DNA of 64,000 bases from an uncultured Gemmatimonadales bacterium (GTDB lineage Bacteria; Gemmatimonadota; Gemmatimonadetes; Longimicrobiales; RSA9): the NCBI GenBank assembly GCA_963798845.1, contig CAWCUS010000001.1:704001-768000 (forward strand), written 5' to 3'. This document shows positions 59,819 to 64,000 of this stretch, piece by piece. Under the pieces are notes generated by a model. It had not been told where the DNA came from. It was given only the letters and a program-made list of their open reading frames with translations, and ran no database searches. How positions within the stretch are numbered: the stretch's first letter is position 1; every line of letters begins with the position of its first letter. The translations under genes were made by a program, and so were the position numbers.

Positions 59819-61855
59819 ATGCGCCGTAGCGCCATCGCCACGCTGGCCCTCGTCCTCGCCACAGCCGCGAACGTCTCCGCCCAGCGACCCAACAAGCCCG
59901 TGCTTCACGGGCAGCACTGGGTGGCCATCACCGGGAAGCCGCTCGCCGCCACCGCCGGCGCGCGCATCTTCCAGGAGGGCGGCAACGCCGTCGACGCCGC
60001 GTGCGCGATGCTCGGCTCCGTGACCACCATGTGGGACGTGCTGAGCTGGGGCGGCGAGACGCAGGCGCTGATCTACAACCCGAACACGGGCAAAGTGATC
60101 GGCATCAACGCGCTGGGCGTGGCGCCCACCGGGGCGACCGCGGAGTTCTACCGCTCGAAGGGCTACGACTACCCGCCCGAGTACGGCCCCCTGGCGGCGG
60201 TGACGCCCGGCACACCCGGCGGGCTCATGACCATGCTCGCCGAGTACGGCACCATGAGCCTGGCGCAGGTGCTCGCGCCCGCCATCGAGCTGGCCGACGG
60301 CTACCCCATCGAGGCCCAGACCGCCAACTCCATCGAGCGCGCCAAGGACCAGATCAAGGAGTGGCCCTACTCGAAGGCCGTCTTCCTCCCCCACCTGGGC
60401 GACGCGGCCCGCGAGGCCCCGTCCGCCGGCGAGATCTTCCGCCAGAAGGACCTCGCCGCGACGCTGCGCAAGCTGGTGGCCGCGGAGAAGGGAGCGCTGG
60501 ACGCCGGGAAGAGTCGCAAGGAGGCGATCTACGCCGCGTACGACCGCTTCTACAAGGGCGACATCGCGCAGGAGATCGTCCGGTCGGTGCGCGAGCAGGG
60601 CGGCCTCTTCACCATGGACGACCTCGCCAAGTGGCAGGTGCACATCGAGGAGCCGGTCCACACCAGCTACAAGGGGATCGAGGTCTACAAGCTGACCCAC
60701 TGGGTGCAGGGCCCCGTCATGCTCCAGACGCTGAACATCCTGGAGAACTTCGACCTGAAGAGCATGGGCTACAACAGCGCCCGCTACATGCACACGCTCT
60801 ACCAGGCCATGAACCTGGCGTACGCCGACCGCGACTTCTACTACGGCGACCCGTACCTCCCGCCCGAGGAGCCCATCGAAGGGCTGCTTTCCAAGGACTA
60901 CGCCCGCGAGCGCGCGAAGCTCATCGACCCGGACCGCAACGACCCCGACGTACGGCCCGGTGACCCGTACCCGTTCATGGGCAAGACCAACCCCTACACG
61001 GAGCTCCTCGCCGGCTGGCATACGACGACCCGGTTCGGCGACCACGGCAAGCCCACGACCACCGCCGCCGCCCGCGCCGGGTCCGCAGCCGGCGCCGCAG
61101 CCGACGCCGCGGCCGGGGACGAGTTCGGCGCCGCAGCCAATGCCGCGGCCGGGGACGAGTTCGGCGCCGCAGCCAATGCCGCGGCCGGGGACGAGTTCGG
61201 CGCCGCAGCCGATGCCGCTGCCGGGGACGAGTTCGGCGCCGCAGCCGACGGCTTCGCCCCGCCCGGCTTCTTCGCCGGCACCACTTCCATCCAGACCGCG
61301 GACGACGACGGCTGGGTGGTCTCCGTCACCCCCAGCGGCGGCTGGGTGCCCGCAGTCATCGCCGGCCACACCGGCGTCGGCCTGAGCCAGCGCGCCCAGA
61401 GCTTCGTGCTGTACGAGGCGGAGGACCCGTTCAACGTCATCCAACCCGGCCAGCGGCCCCGGGCCACCCTCACGCCCGGACTCGCCATGAAGGATGGGAA
61501 ACCGTACCTGTCGTTCGCCGTCCAGGGCGGCGATACCCAGGACCAGAACCTCCTCCAGTTCTTCCTCGACGTGGTGGAGTTCGGCATGGACGTCCAGGAG
61601 GCGACCGAGGCCGCGAACATCAACAGCTACCAGATGCGCAGCTCCTTCGGGACGCACGAGTCGGAGCCCGGCCGCGTGACGGTGCAGGCGCAGACGTCCC
61701 CCTGGGTCCTCGACCAGATGCGCCACATGGGCTACCGCCTCGACCTCCAGGAGCGCACCTCCGGCCCCATCAACGCCATCTTCTTCGATCGGGAGCACGG
61801 CACGTTCTGGGGCGGTTCCAGCGATTACGGGGAGGACTACGGCATCGCCTGGTAG
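59819..61855 (+). CDS. ggt: Gamma-glutamyltransferase family Ntn-hydrolase
   Basis: GGNAVDAA, RFYKGDIA, AYADRD, GTTSIQTAD (Thr nucleophile), RPRATLTP, GGDTQDQ. Confidence 0.88.
   Translation: MRRSAIATLALVLATAANVSAQRPNKPVLHGQHWVAITGKPLAATAGARIFQEGGNAVDAACAMLGSVTTMWDVLSWGGETQALIYNPNTGKVIGINALGVAPTGATAEFYRSKGYDYPPEYGPLAAVTPGTPGGLMTMLAEYGTMSLAQVLAPAIELADGYPIEAQTANSIERAKDQIKEWPYSKAVFLPHLGDAAREAPSAGEIFRQKDLAATLRKLVAAEKGALDAGKSRKEAIYAAYDRFYKGDIAQEIVRSVREQGGLFTMDDLAKWQVHIEEPVHTSYKGIEVYKLTHWVQGPVMLQTLNILENFDLKSMGYNSARYMHTLYQAMNLAYADRDFYYGDPYLPPEEPIEGLLSKDYARERAKLIDPDRNDPDVRPGDPYPFMGKTNPYTELLAGWHTTTRFGDHGKPTTTAAARAGSAAGAAADAAAGDEFGAAANAAAGDEFGAAANAAAGDEFGAAADAAAGDEFGAAADGFAPPGFFAGTTSIQTADDDGWVVSVTPSGGWVPAVIAGHTGVGLSQRAQSFVLYEAEDPFNVIQPGQRPRATLTPGLAMKDGKPYLSFAVQGGDTQDQNLLQFFLDVVEFGMDVQEATEAANINSYQMRSSFGTHESEPGRVTVQAQTSPWVLDQMRHMGYRLDLQERTSGPINAIFFDREHGTFWGGSSDYGEDYGIAW
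61091..61249 (+). repeat. Intragenic 36-nt tandem repeat (GAAA[D/N]AAAGDEF), about 4.4 copies
   Basis: Directly visible, in frame. Confidence 0.92.
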
Positions 61856-62262
61856 GCGGCCGGCGGCAGGTTGCAGGCGCCAGGGTGCGGGGCAGGCGGC
61901 GCGCGTGAGGGTCCGGAGGCAGGCGGCGGACGGCAGGGCCGGAGGCAGGCGGCGGGTTGCAGGCGCCAGGGCGGCGCGCGGCACGCGGCGGGGTGCAGGC
62001 GGCAGGCTGCAGGTGCCAGGGCGCGGGGCAGGCGGCGGACGGCAGCGCCGGAGGCAGGCGGCGCCGGCGAGGGGCAGGCAGGACCCCGAGGCCGAACGGA
62101 GCGCCGGGCGGCAGGCGCCGGCGGCAGGTTGCAGGCGCCCAGGGTGCGGGGCAGGCGGCGCGCGTGAGGGGCCGGAGGCAGGCGGCGGACGGCAGGGCCG
62201 GAGGCAGGCCGCGCCGGAGAGGGGCAGGCAGGACCCCGAGGCCGAACGGAGCGCCGGGCGGC
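61856..62262 (+). repeat. Composite direct repeat built from GGCAGGC/TGCAGGC heptamers
   Basis: About 61859-61950 recurs at about 62117-62209; about 62028-62112 recurs at about 62178-62262. Confidence 0.8.
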
Positions 62263-62299
62263 CCCGCCGGATTCCGCCCAAACGACCCTGCCAGTCGTT

Positions 62300-62445
62300 C
62301 AATCGGTCGATCGGAGGCGCATAGCGCCGGAAATCGACCACCCGGCCAGGGCTCGAGCCCACGAATGGTCGGATTGGGGCCCTGAGAGCCGGAAATCGAC
62401 CATTCGAGCCGCGGCGCCCCTTCATCAGGTCGGTTCCCGGGGCCC
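62300..62445. repeat. Array of alternating GCCGGAAATCGACCA-like inverted motifs, 62-nt period
   Basis: GCCGGAAATCGACCA at 62326 and 62388; complementary-type motifs near 62366 and 62428. Confidence 0.65.
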
Positions 62446-62464
62446 GGCGACGCCTCCTCACGCC

Positions 62465-62870
62465 TTGACCCCACCCGCCCGACCGCCACCCGCCCCACCG
62501 CCACCCGCCCCGACCCGCCCGCCCCAACCCACCCGCCCCGACCCGCCCGCCCCAACCCACCCGCCCCAACCCACCCGCCCGACCGCCACCCGCCCGCCCC
62601 CCGACCCGCCCCGACCGCCACCCGCCCCGACCCGCCCGCCCCACCCGCCCCGACCCGCCCGCCCGCCCCAACCCCCCGACCCGCCCCCCGACCGCCACCC
62701 GCCCCGACCCGCCCGACCCGCCCGCCCGACCGCCACCCGCCCCTACCCGCCCGCCCGACCCGCCCCACCCGCCCCGACCTGCCCGACCCAACCCCACCCG
62801 CCCCGACCGCCCACCCGCCCGCCCCAACCCACCCGCCCCAACCCCCCCGCTCCACCACCCGCTCCGCCGC
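62465..62870 (+). repeat. C-rich low-complexity tract (CCCGCCCCGA / CCCACCCG units)
   Basis: About 400 nt almost devoid of T on the plus strand; continuous GGG runs on the minus strand. Confidence 0.9.
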
Positions 62871-62963
62871 CCCGCGCGCGGCAACGCGTCCGGCCCGGCT
62901 TGCCGACCCTCCGGGTTCCGGAGCATGTTCCTCCCTGGACACCATCCGACGGAGGAATCCACT

Positions 62964-64000
62964 GTGGGACCTCGCCGCCCGCGCCGTTCCGAATCCGCTC
63001 ACGCCGCACCCGCCCTCCATGTCGGCCGCGTCGCCCGGGCGGTGCTTCGCGCCGGGTTGCCCGACGAGCTCCGTTTCGTCCTCGTGGTGGGGCTCGGCGC
63101 CGCTCTGGGGGCGTGCGCGCGCGGACCGACTGCGGACCGCGCCGACGCCCTGACCGGTGACTGGGACTGGTACCGGACCATGGGCACGGAGCCGATCGGC
63201 GGCTTCGAGGGGAGCCGCCGCATGGCGTTCGCCCACTTCGAAGGCACGGACGCCGCGAAGGCGTGGGTTCGCCATCGCTCGGACACCCCGATGTACGGCG
63301 TGCGCGAGGTGCGCCTGGACGGCGATTCGCTGCTCCTGACGCTCGCCGCGCCGGGGAGCGGCGCGCCCGCGTCCGCGGTGGAGGCGGGGCCGGGGGAGGC
63401 GCCGTCGTTCCGGGGGGTGGTCCACGGGGACACCATCGTCGGCCTGCGCTACCGGGGCGCCGAGGCGGTGGAGCGGGTGCGGCTGCTGCGGCGGTCGTCG
63501 ACGCCGGACTACGAGCCGTACACCTCGCTCTGGGGTGATCGCAGCTCCGTGTCCGACTCCTCGTACGACGTCGTCATCGACCCGGCCGTCCCCATGCACG
63601 CGCGGGACGGCACGCTGCTCATGAGCTTCGTGGGCCGGCCGGTGGGCGACGGTCCGTTCCCGATCGTGATGGAGCGGACGCCCTACCTGCGCTGGGACAC
63701 GGCCGCGGCGCGGTTCTGGGCCGCGCGGGGCTACATCTACGTGAAGCAGGACGTGCGCGGCCGCGGCGGGTCGGACGGCGTGCTGGACATGAACGCCGGG
63801 CAGATGGAGGACGGCTACGATGCGGTGGAGTGGGCTGCGTCGCTGCCGGCGTCGAACGGGAAGGTGGGCATGGTGGGTCGCTCGAACCCGGGTCTGTACG
63901 CCTGGTACGCGGCCATCGCGCAGCCGCCGCACCTGGCGGCCATCGCGCCGGCGGTGGCCACGGCGGACCCGGTGCGGCTGGTGCCGTACATCGACATGGT
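62964..64000 (+). CDS. CocE/NonD family hydrolase, runs off the window
   Basis: Own translation: VPMHARDG, MERTPY, GYIYVKQDVRGRGGSDG, DGYDAVEWAA..SNGKVGMVGRSNPG; GGAGG before GTG; start uncertain. Confidence 0.85.
   Translation, partial: MGPRRPRRSESAHAAPALHVGRVARAVLRAGLPDELRFVLVVGLGAALGACARGPTADRADALTGDWDWYRTMGTEPIGGFEGSRRMAFAHFEGTDAAKAWVRHRSDTPMYGVREVRLDGDSLLLTLAAPGSGAPASAVEAGPGEAPSFRGVVHGDTIVGLRYRGAEAVERVRLLRRSSTPDYEPYTSLWGDRSSVSDSSYDVVIDPAVPMHARDGTLLMSFVGRPVGDGPFPIVMERTPYLRWDTAAARFWAARGYIYVKQDVRGRGGSDGVLDMNAGQMEDGYDAVEWAASLPASNGKVGMVGRSNPGLYAWYAAIAQPPHLAAIAPAVATADPVRLVPYIDM

Noticed and set aside
56549..62962. 2137-aa minus-strand ORF
   Set aside because: Antisense shadow of the S10 peptidase, ADOP permease, ggt and repeat tracts; stop codons are rare at this GC content and no motifs are recognisable.

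Overview
Very GC-rich bacterial chromosomal window. Gene content (ADOP-type duplicated permeases, a TolB-N/TPR membrane protein, many exported peptidases) suggests a Gemmatimonadota-like organism, which is inference only. About 48 probable CDSs are present: a methyltransferase/epimerase/dehydrogenase cluster behind a sigma54-like promoter, an MltD-like transglycosylase, a gdh operon with two truncated PEP/pyruvate-binding (PPDK-N) proteins, yhbY, an Omp85-like fusion, trxA, sdaAA/sdaAB, an EmrAB-TolC-TetR efflux operon and many hydrolases (M28, M1, S10, penicillin acylase, GGT, CocE). No rRNA, tRNA, CRISPR-cas, integrase or transposase was recognised. Top leads: (1) a four-helix-bundle gene enclosed by two inverted arrays of a 24-30 nt repeat made of a constant GAGCCCCTCTGCGA and a variable, covarying hairpin with mostly GNA loops, plus a gene-less copy of the array 14 kb away; (2) an intact archaeal-type gatE-gatD operon directly next to it; (3) the gdh + PPDK-N + sensor-PPDK-N operon. 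All family calls come from reading motifs by eye; no database searches were run.
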